This document shows positions 10,149-19,900 of a stretch of 64,000 nucleotides of DNA, in pieces. The DNA comes from Desulfobacterales bacterium. Lineage in GTDB: Bacteria; Desulfobacterota; Desulfobacteria; Desulfobacterales; UBA5852. The position numbers and the translations under genes are program-made. The DNA lies in NCBI GenBank assembly GCA_963674755.2, contig CAXXVS010000001.1, forward strand, positions 512,001-576,000. The letters run 5' to 3'. Position 1 is the stretch's first letter, and each line of letters starts with the position of its first letter. A model generated the notes under the pieces. It was not told the origin of the DNA. It searched no databases and saw nothing but the letters and a program-made list of their open reading frames with translations.

Positions 10149-12083
10149 ATGACAGTGCGCAAAGAAACACGACAATTCCAGACCGAAGTTCAACAAATCC
10201 TCAAGCTGATCATCAATTCCCTTTACTCCAACCGGGACATCTTCCTGCGGGAGCTCATTTCCAATGCTTCCGACGCCATCGACAAGCTGCGCTTCAAAGC
10301 CCAGACCCAACCCGACCTTCTGGGGGATGACGGTGATTTAAAGATCAAGATCGTGCGGGACGGCATCAAGCGCACCCTGGAGATTGCCGACAACGGGATC
10401 GGCATGACCTACGACGAAGTCAATGAAAACATCGGCACCATTGCCAAAAGCGGGACGGCGGCATTTCTGGAGGCCATGGAAACGCTGCAACAGAAGGATG
10501 CGCCCCTGACACCGGAATTGATCGGGCAGTTCGGCGTAGGCTTCTACAGCGCTTTTATCGTGGCGGACAAGGTCACTCTGATTACCCGGGCGGCCGGCGA
10601 AGACAGCGCCACGCGCTGGGAATCCACCGGCGACGGGGCCTATACCGTCGAAGAGACCACCAAACCCGAGCGCGGGACCCGCATCATCCTCGAACTGTGC
10701 AAGCCCGAAAAGGATGAACCGGACTACACCGACGAATGGACGATCCGGCGCATTATCAAGAAGCACTCGGATTTCGTGGGCTACCCGATTGTAATGGACG
10801 TCGAAAAACAGGAGCCCATCCCCGAGGAAGAGCAGATTCTGGACGGTGACGGCAAGCCCGTGGGCGAGACCACCCGCACGGTGGAGCGGGAAGAGACGCT
10901 GAACTCCATGAAAGCCATCTGGGCCCGCAATAAGAACGAGGTCAGCGAAGAAGAATACAAAGAGTTCTACACCCACATCAGCCATGACTGGAATCCACCC
11001 CTCAAGCACCTGCATGTCAAACTGGAGGGGACCACCGAATATACGGCCCTGCTCTATCTGCCGTCCAAGGCCCCCTTCGACCTGTTCCAGCCCGAGCACA
11101 AGCACGGCGTTCATTTGTACAGCCGGCGGGTGTTCATCATGGACGATTGCCGGGAGCTCCTGCCCGAGTACTTCGGCTTCGTGAAGGGGGTCGTGGACGC
11201 TCCGGATCTCAATTTGAATATCAGCCGCGAGATCCTCCAGCAGGACCGCCTGGTACTCAATATCCGCAAGAATCTCATCAAGAAGCTTTTCGATCTCCTG
11301 AACGGTCTGGAGAAGGAGGAGTACGACAAGTTTTATGACGAGTTCGGCGCTATTCTCAAAATCGGCATATACACGGATCCCGCCAACCAGACGAAACTGG
11401 CGGATCTGGCGCGTTTCAAGACCACGACCTCCGACGGGGCCTGGGTAGCGCTGAAGGATTACGTGGCACGCATGCCCGCGGAGCAGAAGGACATCTACTA
11501 CCTCACCGGGGACAGCCCGGCCACCCTGCTCAACAGCCCGCACCTGGAACGCCTCAAGGCCAAAAACTTCGAGGTGCTGCTGATGACCGATCCCGTGGAC
11601 GAATGGGTCGTGCAGTCCCTGACGGCGTATGACGGCAAAGCCCTCAAGAGTGCCGAGAAGGGGGATCTGGATATCGATGGCGCGGACGCCAAGGAAAAAG
11701 ACGAGCAGTACAAGGATCTCTTCGGTTTCATTCGCAAGACGCTGCAGGATGAGATCAAGGAGGTCAAGCCGTCTTCACGCCTCCTGGACTCCGTGGCCTG
11801 CCTGTCCGGGGAGGACGGCGATATGAGCGGCTACATGGCGAAGATCCTGAAATCGACGGGCCAGGAAATGCCCAAAACCAAGCGTGTCCTGGAACTCAAC
11901 ACCGCGCATCCGGTGCTGCTCAAGATCAAACAGATTTACGACCAGGACCAGAGCGATGCCCGCCTGGAACCCTACAGCCAGCTGCTCTACGACCTGGCGG
12001 TGATCGGGGAGGGCGGCAAGCTGGACAATCCCTCCCACTTTGGCAAGATGATCGGGGAGATGATGGAAGCCGCGCTGGCCTAG
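10149..12083 (+). CDS. htpG: Molecular chaperone HtpG (Hsp90)
   Basis: [48 protein letters not shown] and LNISREILQ motifs. Confidence 0.97.
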   Translation: MTVRKETRQFQTEVQQILKLIINSLYSNRDIFLRELISNASDAIDKLRFKAQTQPDLLGDDGDLKIKIVRDGIKRTLEIADNGIGMTYDEVNENIGTIAKSGTAAFLEAMETLQQKDAPLTPELIGQFGVGFYSAFIVADKVTLITRAAGEDSATRWESTGDGAYTVEETTKPERGTRIILELCKPEKDEPDYTDEWTIRRIIKKHSDFVGYPIVMDVEKQEPIPEEEQILDGDGKPVGETTRTVEREETLNSMKAIWARNKNEVSEEEYKEFYTHISHDWNPPLKHLHVKLEGTTEYTALLYLPSKAPFDLFQPEHKHGVHLYSRRVFIMDDCRELLPEYFGFVKGVVDAPDLNLNISREILQQDRLVLNIRKNLIKKLFDLLNGLEKEEYDKFYDEFGAILKIGIYTDPANQTKLADLARFKTTTSDGAWVALKDYVARMPAEQKDIYYLTGDSPATLLNSPHLERLKAKNFEVLLMTDPVDEWVVQSLTAYDGKALKSAEKGDLDIDGADAKEKDEQYKDLFGFIRKTLQDEIKEVKPSSRLLDSVACLSGEDGDMSGYMAKILKSTGQEMPKTKRVLELNTAHPVLLKIKQIYDQDQSDARLEPYSQLLYDLAVIGEGGKLDNPSHFGKMIGEMMEAALA

Positions 12084-12115
12084 CCCTATCCCGGTTATCA
12101 TGATGGGCTGGTTCA

Positions 12116-12156
12116 GCCCGCCGGGCGACCCCGCGAAAGGCGGGGGCCCGGCGGGC
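12116..12156. terminator. GC-rich hairpin between convergent htpG and dodecin genes
   Basis: GCCCGCCGGGC...GCCCGGCGGGC inverted repeat enclosing CCCCGC-GAAAG-GCGGGG. Confidence 0.6.
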
Positions 12157-12164
12157 GTTGTGCT

Positions 12165-12374
12165 TCAGGCCTCGTATTTAAAGGAGAGACTGACGCGCGC
12201 CCGATAAGCCGTTACCTTGCCGTTTTCGATTTTCATATCCAGTTTGGAAATTTCCGCCACGCGCAGATCGCGCAGATTGCTCCCGGCCGTTTCCACTGCG
12301 GCGCGGGCCGCATCTTCCCAGGACTTCGTGCTTGTCCCCACCAGATCGATAACCTTGTAAATGCTCTCCGCCAT
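12165..12374 (-). CDS. Dodecin family flavin-binding protein
   Basis: 69 aa; YKVIDLVGTSTKSWEDAAR...YRARVSLSFKYE; AGGAGG SD. Confidence 0.9.
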   Translation of the reverse strand: MAESIYKVIDLVGTSTKSWEDAARAAVETAGSNLRDLRVAEISKLDMKIENGKVTAYRARVSLSFKYEA

Positions 12375-12696
12375 GGTGTGCCTCCTTTGGTTCGGGTGTT
12401 GAGGGTGGGAGGGCCTCTATATCTTTCGGTGCCGGTTTGGGGTTTCCCGTTTTCGCGATGGAAACGAGATCGGAATGATGCGCAGGGGCAGATGGGGTTT
12501 CAGATCAACAGCGGCGTGGCGGTGCGGGGTAAAGCAGCAAACGGCCAAGTCAGTTGGCGGTCGTTATGGGCGGTAGCCGATAGAAAGGCCCGGATGAGAT
12601 GGTTTCCCAAAACGTCCTTAGCGGGGAACGGACGTCTTGTCAAGAAAATGACGATCGCTGGAGAGGGGCGTCGGAAGGCCGATTCGACCGGGCGGC

Positions 12697-12873
12697 TTAG
12701 CGGGATCCGGCGTAGATCTGCTGCCGTCTCTGGAAGCGGTCCCGGCCCAGGGATTTGCGGACGCCCACCACGAAGTGCGATCGTTCTTCATTCAGCGTGG
12801 CGCGGGGGCTCCCGTCGGCGATGATCCGAACGCCCCGGTCCTCGGGGGTATACGTTGCCGTGTGGGCGCTCAC
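12697..12873 (-). CDS. Small 58-aa protein coupled to the ECF sigma gene (possible anti-sigma remnant)
   Basis: GTG start overlaps the sigma TGA stop (GTGA) with AAGGAGG 7 nt upstream; reads MSAHTATYTPEDRGVRIIADGSPRATLNEERSHFVVGVRKSLGRDRFQRRQQIYAGSR; not listed in the ORF track. Confidence 0.4.
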   Translation of the reverse strand: MSAHTATYTPEDRGVRIIADGSPRATLNEERSHFVVGVRKSLGRDRFQRRQQIYAGSR

Positions 12874-13487
12874 GGTTGGACCTCCTTGATATAGGCACGA
12901 AACGCCTGGTCGTTCTTGAATTTTCCCAAGGCCCGATACAAGTGTGTTTTGACCGTGCTTTCACTTTTGTGGAGGACCTCCGCAATTTCCTTTAGGCCGA
13001 GATCGTCCAGAAATCGCAATAAAAAGACTTCCTTCTCCATTTTGGAGAGTCGCGTCAGCATGGTCTCCACCTTTTGCCAGAACTCTTTGCGAACGATGGC
13101 ATCCATGGTGTCGCTTTCCCGCTCCGCCGGGGGATCCGCTTCGCTTTCGCCGTCCGTGTCGTGCAGGACACTGAACAGGGATCTGAATTTCTGGCGACGG
13201 TGGTGGTCGTTCACGCGGTTGACCGCGATCCGGAACAGCCAACTGGCGAAGCGCTCCGGTTCCTTGAGCTTCTTCAGGCTCCGGTAGGCCTGGAGGAACA
13301 CATCCTGGCAGATATCTTCAGCATCTTCCCGCGAGCGGGTGCGGTAAAAAATCATGCGAAAAACCCTGGGTTCCAGCTGCGTCACCAATTGCTGAAAGGC
13401 AAAGCGATTGCCGTCGCGGGCCTCCGCGGCAAGCCGGCTGACATCGGGATCGTGATCTGGGGGCTGGGCTGATGGGGTTTCGGCCAT
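12870..13487 (-). CDS. ECF-family RNA polymerase sigma factor
   Basis: Region 2 (DAEDICQDVFLQAY, FASWLFRIAVN) and region 4 (GLKEIAEVLHKSESTVKTHLYRA). Confidence 0.93.
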   Translation of the reverse strand: MAETPSAQPPDHDPDVSRLAAEARDGNRFAFQQLVTQLEPRVFRMIFYRTRSREDAEDICQDVFLQAYRSLKKLKEPERFASWLFRIAVNRVNDHHRRQKFRSLFSVLHDTDGESEADPPAERESDTMDAIVRKEFWQKVETMLTRLSKMEKEVFLLRFLDDLGLKEIAEVLHKSESTVKTHLYRALGKFKNDQAFRAYIKEVQP

Positions 13488-13603
13488 GGTGCATCTTAAC
13501 CGTTCCGATCAAACCTGTCCACAAGCGGGCGGCTTGCCGCAGTCTCGCCGCCTGGCTGCCGGCCGCTGCCATCGCCCGGCAGCGGTCGGCGTCCGAAGGG
13601 GCA

Positions 13604-13972
13604 TCAACGCCGCGCGAAGGCGTGGTGACCGCGACGGCAGGCCCGGGGCGGTTCCATCCGGTGCTGGTTGTGTTTATAGCGGTCGATCTGGTCGCTGGCG
13701 CGCGCCAAGTAGACCAGCAGGATGCGCCCTTCCTTGTGGGATAAATGTCCATCGGCCATGGCGTAACGGGTCATCTGGCGCAGCTTGCGCTGGTCCTGAT
13801 AAAGCGTTTCCGCTTCCCGGGGGGTAATCTGGCCACGGGCAATGCCTTGCCGGATCCGTTGCGCCTGCTGCTGCTGACGATCCGAAAAATAATCGGCGCT
13901 GGCGGTTGATACCATTCCCAAAACGGCGGTCAACAGGATGGCGGTGATGACGATGGTGGCTTTCGTTTTCAT
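13604..13972 (-). CDS. Exported helical protein of unknown function, upstream of the ECF sigma gene
   Basis: Signal peptide ending ASA-D; Q/R-rich helices with RIRQGIARGQITPRE and ADGHLSHKE motifs; AAGGAG SD. Confidence 0.7.
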   Translation of the reverse strand: MKTKATIVITAILLTAVLGMVSTASADYFSDRQQQQAQRIRQGIARGQITPREAETLYQDQRKLRQMTRYAMADGHLSHKEGRILLVYLARASDQIDRYKHNQHRMEPPRACRRGHHAFARR

Positions 13973-14006
13973 GGGATGTCCTCCTTAAGGGTTGGTATTT
14001 GTCAGG

Positions 14007-14037
14007 TAAGACGTGCGGGGGAGGAATTTGGTCGACA
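14007..14037 (-). promoter_or_regulatory. Candidate ECF sigma-dependent (autoregulatory) promoter
   Basis: Minus strand TGTCGAC-N17-CGTCTTA, with the CGTC -10 core typical of ECF promoters, about 35 nt before the 13972 start. Confidence 0.45.
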
Positions 14038-14073
14038 AGGGGGCACCCGGTTGCGGCCGGGTTTGAAAAATGA

Positions 14074-14101
14074 AGGGGCGGTCCCGTCGGGAACCGCCCC
14101 T
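14074..14101 (-). terminator. Rho-independent terminator of the PKS-PPTase-ligase operon
   Basis: Minus strand AGGGGCGGT-tcccgacggg-ACCGCCCCT followed by TCATTTTT. Confidence 0.65.
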
Positions 14102-14217
14102 GGTTAGGTCGTTAAGGAGGATCGCGGATGCCAATCCGCTTTCCAAACCTTATACTAAGATATCATTTGGATTCGTCAACAGGCTGCGATCCGGAATCGC
14201 TCCGGGCCGTCCACCCG

Positions 14218-16011
14218 CTAGTCCTCCGGATACATGGTATCGATTTCCGCGGCGAAGCGTCGGGCGATGACCTTGCGGCGGATTTTCTGGGTCGGTGTGA
14301 CTTCCCCCTCCTCTTGGGAAAACTCCCGGGGCAGCAAGGTAAAGGCTTTGATGGTTTCGAAACCGGCCAGTTCGCCGGATTGCTGATCGATGCGCTCCCG
14401 AAAGAAGCGGATGATGTCCGGATGTTTAACCAGTTCTTCCCGGGATCGGAAAGGAATGCCCTTTTCCCGGGCCAGCGTTTCGACGACCTCGAAGGAAGGC
14501 ACGATCAAGGCGCTGACGTATTTGCGGCGGTCGCCGATGGTGGCGATCTGTTCGATATAGTGGTCTTTGCCCACCGCGGTTTCGATGTGCTGGGGCGCAA
14601 TATTTTTCCCGCCCGAGGTGATGATCAGATCCTTGATGCGATCGGTGATGACCAAAAAGCCGTCGCCGTCGATCCGGCCTACATCGCCGGTGCGAAACCA
14701 GCCGTCGTCAAAAGCCGCGGCGGTGGCCTCCGGGTTGTTGTAGTAACCCAGCATGACGTTGGGACCCTTAACCTGGACTTCGTCGTTGGGCCCGATGCGG
14801 ACCCGGCAGCCCGGGACCGGCCGGCCGACCGTACCGAATTTGAAGTGCGGGGGGGTGTTGTAGCTGATCATGGGGGCAGTTTCCGTCAGACCGTAGCCCT
14901 GACAGACCAGCAGGCCCACATCCAGAAAGAAATCTTCGATCTCCTTGGCCAGGGGCGCACCTCCGGCCGAGAAGAAATTTTTATCGCCGCCCACGATGGC
15001 GCGGATCTTGCGCAGCACCAGCCGGTCGGCCAGCCGGTACTTGAAGGCTAGAATGCCTCCGGGCTTTCGATCGGCGCGCCGGGCATCCGCCCGCTGCCGA
15101 CCGATGGCAATCGCCCAGCTAAACAGATGCCGGCGCAGTGGGGGCGCCTTCTCAAGGCGGTCCATGATGGCGGCATGGACTTTTTCATAAAGGCGCGGCA
15201 CGCTGACCATGACGGTCGGTTGGACCTCGCCTAACGCCTGGAGGACCTCGCGGGGGTTTCTAATATAGTGGTTCTGGGCGCCCTGGTGGAAAACGAGATA
15301 GGACCAGCTGCGCTCATAGACATGGCTGAGGGGCAGAAAGCATAGGGAACGGTCCTCCGGGCGCACCTGGAAATGGGCATTCACGGCATCGATCTGGTGG
15401 AAGAAGCTCCCGTGGCTGAGCATCACCCCCTTGGGGTCGCCCGTGGTGCCGGAGGTATAGATGATGCTGGCCAGATGTCGGGACGTGTCGCAGGCCGGCC
15501 GTTCGGCGGGCAGGGTTTCATCCCGGGATGAGGGCGATGACGCCAGCAGGTCGCTGAAGGTTTGGGTGCGGTCCCCGTCTGCCGAAGGGGTGTCCGCTGC
15601 GTCGAAGCGGATGATATGGTCCAGCGGACCGTGGCGGTCGGCGAAAGAAGTTATTTTGGCGTACTGGGTTCCATCGCCCACAAAAAGGACCTTTATGCCG
15701 GCGTCGCGTACGATATATTCGGCCTGGCCGGCCGTATTGGTGGCATAAATCGGCACGGTAACAGCATCCACCGTCAGGATCCCGAAATCGGCGATGGCCC
15801 ATTCCGCGCAGTTCTGGGAAAAGATGCCCACCCGGTCCCCGGCCCTGACGCCCATGGCGGTGAGGGCCGCTGCGATGCGCCGGATCCGCTGGCCGAGTTC
15901 CCCATAGGTGATGGCCTGCCAGGCACCATTCGATTTATAGCGCATGGCCACCCGGTCGGCATGGCGGCGGCAGCTTTGGGCGATCATATCGGCGAGATGG
16001 CGCTGTTCCAT
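14218..16011 (-). CDS. Long-chain fatty acid--CoA ligase (AMP-dependent synthetase)
   Basis: IIYTSGTTGDPKG, QGYGLTET, FRTGD, DRIKDLIITSGGKNIAP and TPTQKIRR motifs (FadD15/LACS-type). Confidence 0.92.
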   Translation of the reverse strand: MEQRHLADMIAQSCRRHADRVAMRYKSNGAWQAITYGELGQRIRRIAAALTAMGVRAGDRVGIFSQNCAEWAIADFGILTVDAVTVPIYATNTAGQAEYIVRDAGIKVLFVGDGTQYAKITSFADRHGPLDHIIRFDAADTPSADGDRTQTFSDLLASSPSSRDETLPAERPACDTSRHLASIIYTSGTTGDPKGVMLSHGSFFHQIDAVNAHFQVRPEDRSLCFLPLSHVYERSWSYLVFHQGAQNHYIRNPREVLQALGEVQPTVMVSVPRLYEKVHAAIMDRLEKAPPLRRHLFSWAIAIGRQRADARRADRKPGGILAFKYRLADRLVLRKIRAIVGGDKNFFSAGGAPLAKEIEDFFLDVGLLVCQGYGLTETAPMISYNTPPHFKFGTVGRPVPGCRVRIGPNDEVQVKGPNVMLGYYNNPEATAAAFDDGWFRTGDVGRIDGDGFLVITDRIKDLIITSGGKNIAPQHIETAVGKDHYIEQIATIGDRRKYVSALIVPSFEVVETLAREKGIPFRSREELVKHPDIIRFFRERIDQQSGELAGFETIKAFTLLPREFSQEEGEVTPTQKIRRKVIARRFAAEIDTMYPED

Positions 16012-16168
16012 GGCCAGTGTCCCCCTGTCGGTGAAAGCTTTTGTAAAGCGTGTCTGTCTTGCAGCCAAAGCCATACCACAGGCCGGGCGGCAGTCCAACA
16101 TCAATTTAAGTGAATACTATACGGTATGGCGGGCCGTCCGATAGACGGATGAAGGCGGCGTGCCGCGG

Positions 16169-16954
16169 TCAGGACACCATGGCGAAGGCGTAACCGGGAA
16201 AAAGCAGATGGGTGGCGAGGGAAAGGGAGGGAACGGGACACCCATCGTGGAAAATGGTGTCGTCCAGGATTTCCACCCGTTTGAGGCTTTCGTGGAACCC
16301 CAGACCGATATACTTGAGGTAGGCTTCCTTGGCGGTCCAAGACCGAAAGAGGGTGGCATCGTCCCGGGATTCGAGGGCTTGGACCTCCCGGGCGCTGAAA
16401 GCGGTGCGCAGGAGCGTTGACCGGTTCTCCGGTCGAATCTGTTCCAGATCCACCCCCAGGAGGCAGGCGGGCGCGAGCCCCATCCCGGCCACGGCAAAGT
16501 TCCCGGAGTGTGAAATGGAAAGACACAGGGCGGGGTCATCGCTGAAATAGGGGGCGCCTTTTTGCCGGTAGGCCACCCGGGTGTGGTCGAGGGGGGGGCG
16601 ATGTGGCCGGAAGTGTGCCGCCAGTTGCTTGGCCGCATAGCGCCCGGCGATCCATTCCACCTGTTTTTTGAGGGCTTTGAAACCATTCAGGAGGATCAAT
16701 TCATCCGACCCCAGGAAACACTCATGGAAATCCTGCGGTACAAAAACGCGCGGCGGCGCCGTGCGAAAGGCGCTTCCGACGGCAACCTTCAAAACGTTGT
16801 GCAATAAAGCGGGGATCGATACGAAGGCCAGGCGGTAACCCGGGCCGGGTCGTCGAAAACTGAGTACGGCGTCAGGTTCCGGCCCTTGGCTAAGGGGGGG
16901 GATGGGTGCGGTCATATGGGTATTCGACATGACCGACGACCGGCCGAGACACAT
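16169..16954 (-). CDS. 4'-phosphopantetheinyl transferase (Sfp-like)
   Basis: KGAPYF, SISHSG, GVDLEQ and WTAKEAYLK motifs; directly downstream of the PKS; start uncertain (16915-16954). Confidence 0.9.
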   Translation of the reverse strand: MCLGRSSVMSNTHMTAPIPPLSQGPEPDAVLSFRRPGPGYRLAFVSIPALLHNVLKVAVGSAFRTAPPRVFVPQDFHECFLGSDELILLNGFKALKKQVEWIAGRYAAKQLAAHFRPHRPPLDHTRVAYRQKGAPYFSDDPALCLSISHSGNFAVAGMGLAPACLLGVDLEQIRPENRSTLLRTAFSAREVQALESRDDATLFRSWTAKEAYLKYIGLGFHESLKRVEILDDTIFHDGCPVPSLSLATHLLFPGYAFAMVS

Positions 16955-16984
16955 GCTCCGACCGGCCGTCGGCCTTCTATCCTT

Positions 16985-19900
16985 TTATGAGGCGCGCCGG
17001 GCGCTGCCGGTTTGCAGGGCATGCAATATCTGATCTTCCCCGGCCAGCCGGTCCACCTGGACCATCTGGAAGTCGTCGATGGCCATGTGCAGGCGGCCCG
17101 CTTCATCCACCAGACGAAGCTGGTAGGTATTGGTTTCCTCGCCCTGGTCGGTCTTTTCGGTGATGCACAGATAGGGCCTGCCCTTGGCGAGGGGCCGGTA
17201 GAAGCGCATGCGGCCGATGGCGTATGGCAGAACGATGATATTGGTGGTCATGACCTCGAGCATGCCGCCGGTCTGGAACATGGCATCCACCACGGCCACA
17301 TCGGTCAGAAAATCCGGCTGGGGGCAATCCGCAAAGAAAGGCTTCGTGCTGCGATTGACGATGCGGGAGATCAGCCGTTGGGGTTCGAAAGAGACAATGT
17401 CCTCCACCGTCCGGAAAAGGCCGTCCATGAACAGGCGCGACGGGTGGTAGAGCAGTTCCTGGATGTCACCGGCATAGTCCACGGGCCGAAACGGCGGCAG
17501 CGTGACCTGTTCGGAGGGCAGCGGCGTCGGTCCGAACCGGTAGGCGCCCTGGTAGTGCAGGGTGGGTTCGCCCATGGCGATGCCTTTGGGGTTGCGGAAC
17601 TGGGAACGGATGCGGCAGTCGAAGACCTCGTCATCCTTCTCTGATCGAACGGCTTCCACCAGGATTTCCTTGGGGCGTCCCTTGAGGATCTTAATGCCGT
17701 AGGGGATTTTGAAATCCCGCACTTCCTGTAGGGCGGCCTGCGGCGGGACCAGGGTGGCGGCCGCCTCGGCCATGGCTTCAATGCCGGTGGCGCCTAGGAA
17801 AATCGGGATGTCCTCCCGGCTGTGATCCAGCAGGAAAAGGTCCCGCTGGAGATCCAGAATGCGGCGGTAGATCCGGCTGTCCGCCGTTTGTTCCACAAGG
17901 CGATCGAGGAAGGGCGCCTGGGGGCCGGCCGGGGCAGCATCCTCGGGCGCTAAAAGACCGTCGGTGTCAAAGGCGCGGTCGATGCCGGAGAACACCACTT
18001 CGGAAGTGTTTGTGTCCCCCAGTTCTTGCATGAAATGCGCCACACCGTCTTCCAGGGGCAGGAAGGTCAGCCCCCGCTGCTTGAGGACCTTATTGACGGT
18101 TTCGTTGGTGGCCATGCCGGCGCCCTCCCAGGCGGTCCAATCGAAAATCTTGACCATCGTGTCGGGGTGGAGCGCTTGATAGTGCTGCAGCATTTTTCCG
18201 ATGGTGTCGTTGGCGGCCGTGTAATCCACCTGCCCCTCGTTGCCCAAGCGGGCGGTGACCGACGAAAAGGCCATGAGGTAACGCAGGGGATTTCCTTCCA
18301 GGGCTTTCAGGAGATTATGCAGACCGCGAACCTTGGTGTCGAACACCCGATCAAAGGAGGCCATGGTCTTCTTGGTGATGAACTGGCTTTCTTCGATGCC
18401 CGCGGCATGCAGCACGCCGTCCATTTTCCCGGTCCTTGCCAGGACCGCGTGAACGCTCGCGGCATCGGTGACATCCACGGCATGGTAGGTCACTCCGGCC
18501 CCCGAAGCGCGCAGGGTTTCAAGGTTGCGCAGGGAGGCCCGCAGGTTGAGCGTCCGGTTGAGGGCCTGTTTGACGGCCAGCGGCTTGGCCTCCGGCATCC
18601 GGGTTTTCAGCCGGGCCATGAGGGCCGGGAGGTCCAATGCCGGGTCGGCCAGGTCGGCATCCAGGTCGTCGAGGTTGCTGCGGCCCAGGATCACCAGCTT
18701 CACTTTGACGGCGGCAGTCAGCGCTTTCAGAATTTCAAAAGTGATGCCCCGTGCGCCTCCGGTAACGAGGAAGGTATCGCCCTCGCGAACGAAGCGCTTC
18801 CCCGTGTGCGGTGCCTGGGGGGTGAGCTGCAGGACCCATTTATTGCCGTTGGCGTACCCGCATTCCACCCGCGGATCGCCGGAGAGCAGTTCATCGAGCA
18901 GCGTTGTGACAATGGTCTCCGGAGCCTGCCGGAATTCGCTTTCAGCCAAATCCACGACCTTGACCCGGGTGTCCTTAAGTTCTTTGTTGACCGTCTTCAG
19001 CATGCCGGCCAGGCCGGCCATGAGCGGATCGATGGCCGCGCTGGTTTTCCGGTACGGGAATACGGTCGAGTGCACCGTCGGTACGGCGATAAAGGTCCCC
19101 GGGCGATCGAGCTGGTCATAGAGCCCCCGGATCAGGACGAAGAAGGCTTTCAGACTGCCGGCGATCCGCTGGGGCGCCAGGCGATCGGCCGTGCCGTAGG
19201 TTTCCAGGGGGAGCAGATGGATCACGCCGTCGATGCGTTGGCCGCTATCCAGCAGATGGCCGGGCAGGGCGGAAACCTTTTGGCGATCCTGCCAGTCGCA
19301 GGGGAATTCGACACTGTCGCCTGATCCCACAAGCACGGCATGTCCGCCCCGGGCCGTAATGTGCTCCGCCATCACGGCGGCCAGCTGGCTGCCGCCGGTC
19401 GTGATCAGGACCCGTTGCCCTGTCATTTTATCCGCCGGCCTGCTCGATTCATTGGCAGCCGGCACCGCTTCGATCACCAGACGCTTGACTGCGCTGTCCA
19501 GCGGCACGGCCGCGACAGGTCCGCGAGCGGCGGGTTCGGCCGCCGCCGGCGTCTCGGTTGTGGCTTGGGCTTCAGGGGAACCAGGGAGTTGTTTAGCGAG
19601 ATAATCGCTCAATTTGGCGATGGTGTTAAGATCGCGCAGTTTGAGGTCTTCGGGGACCTCGATGCCGAAGCGCTCGGATACCTTTCCGAAGATTTCCACC
19701 TGTTTGACGGTGTCGATGCCCAGATCGGCTTCCAGGTCGAGGCCGTCTTCGAGCATGTCGGTGGTATAGCCGGTCTGCTCGGCGACGATGGCCTTGACCG
19801 TGGCCTGGACATCACCATCGGCGGATTGCATTTCGACGGCCGGGGTCTGGGGCGCTGTAGCGGCGTTGCCCACCGGTACCTTTTGGGCCAGATAATCGCC

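Noticed and set aside
12378..12824. 148-aa plus-strand ORF between dodecin and the ECF sigma gene
   Set aside because: No SD, no motifs and atypical composition; overlaps the likely dodecin promoter region and the coupled small ORF
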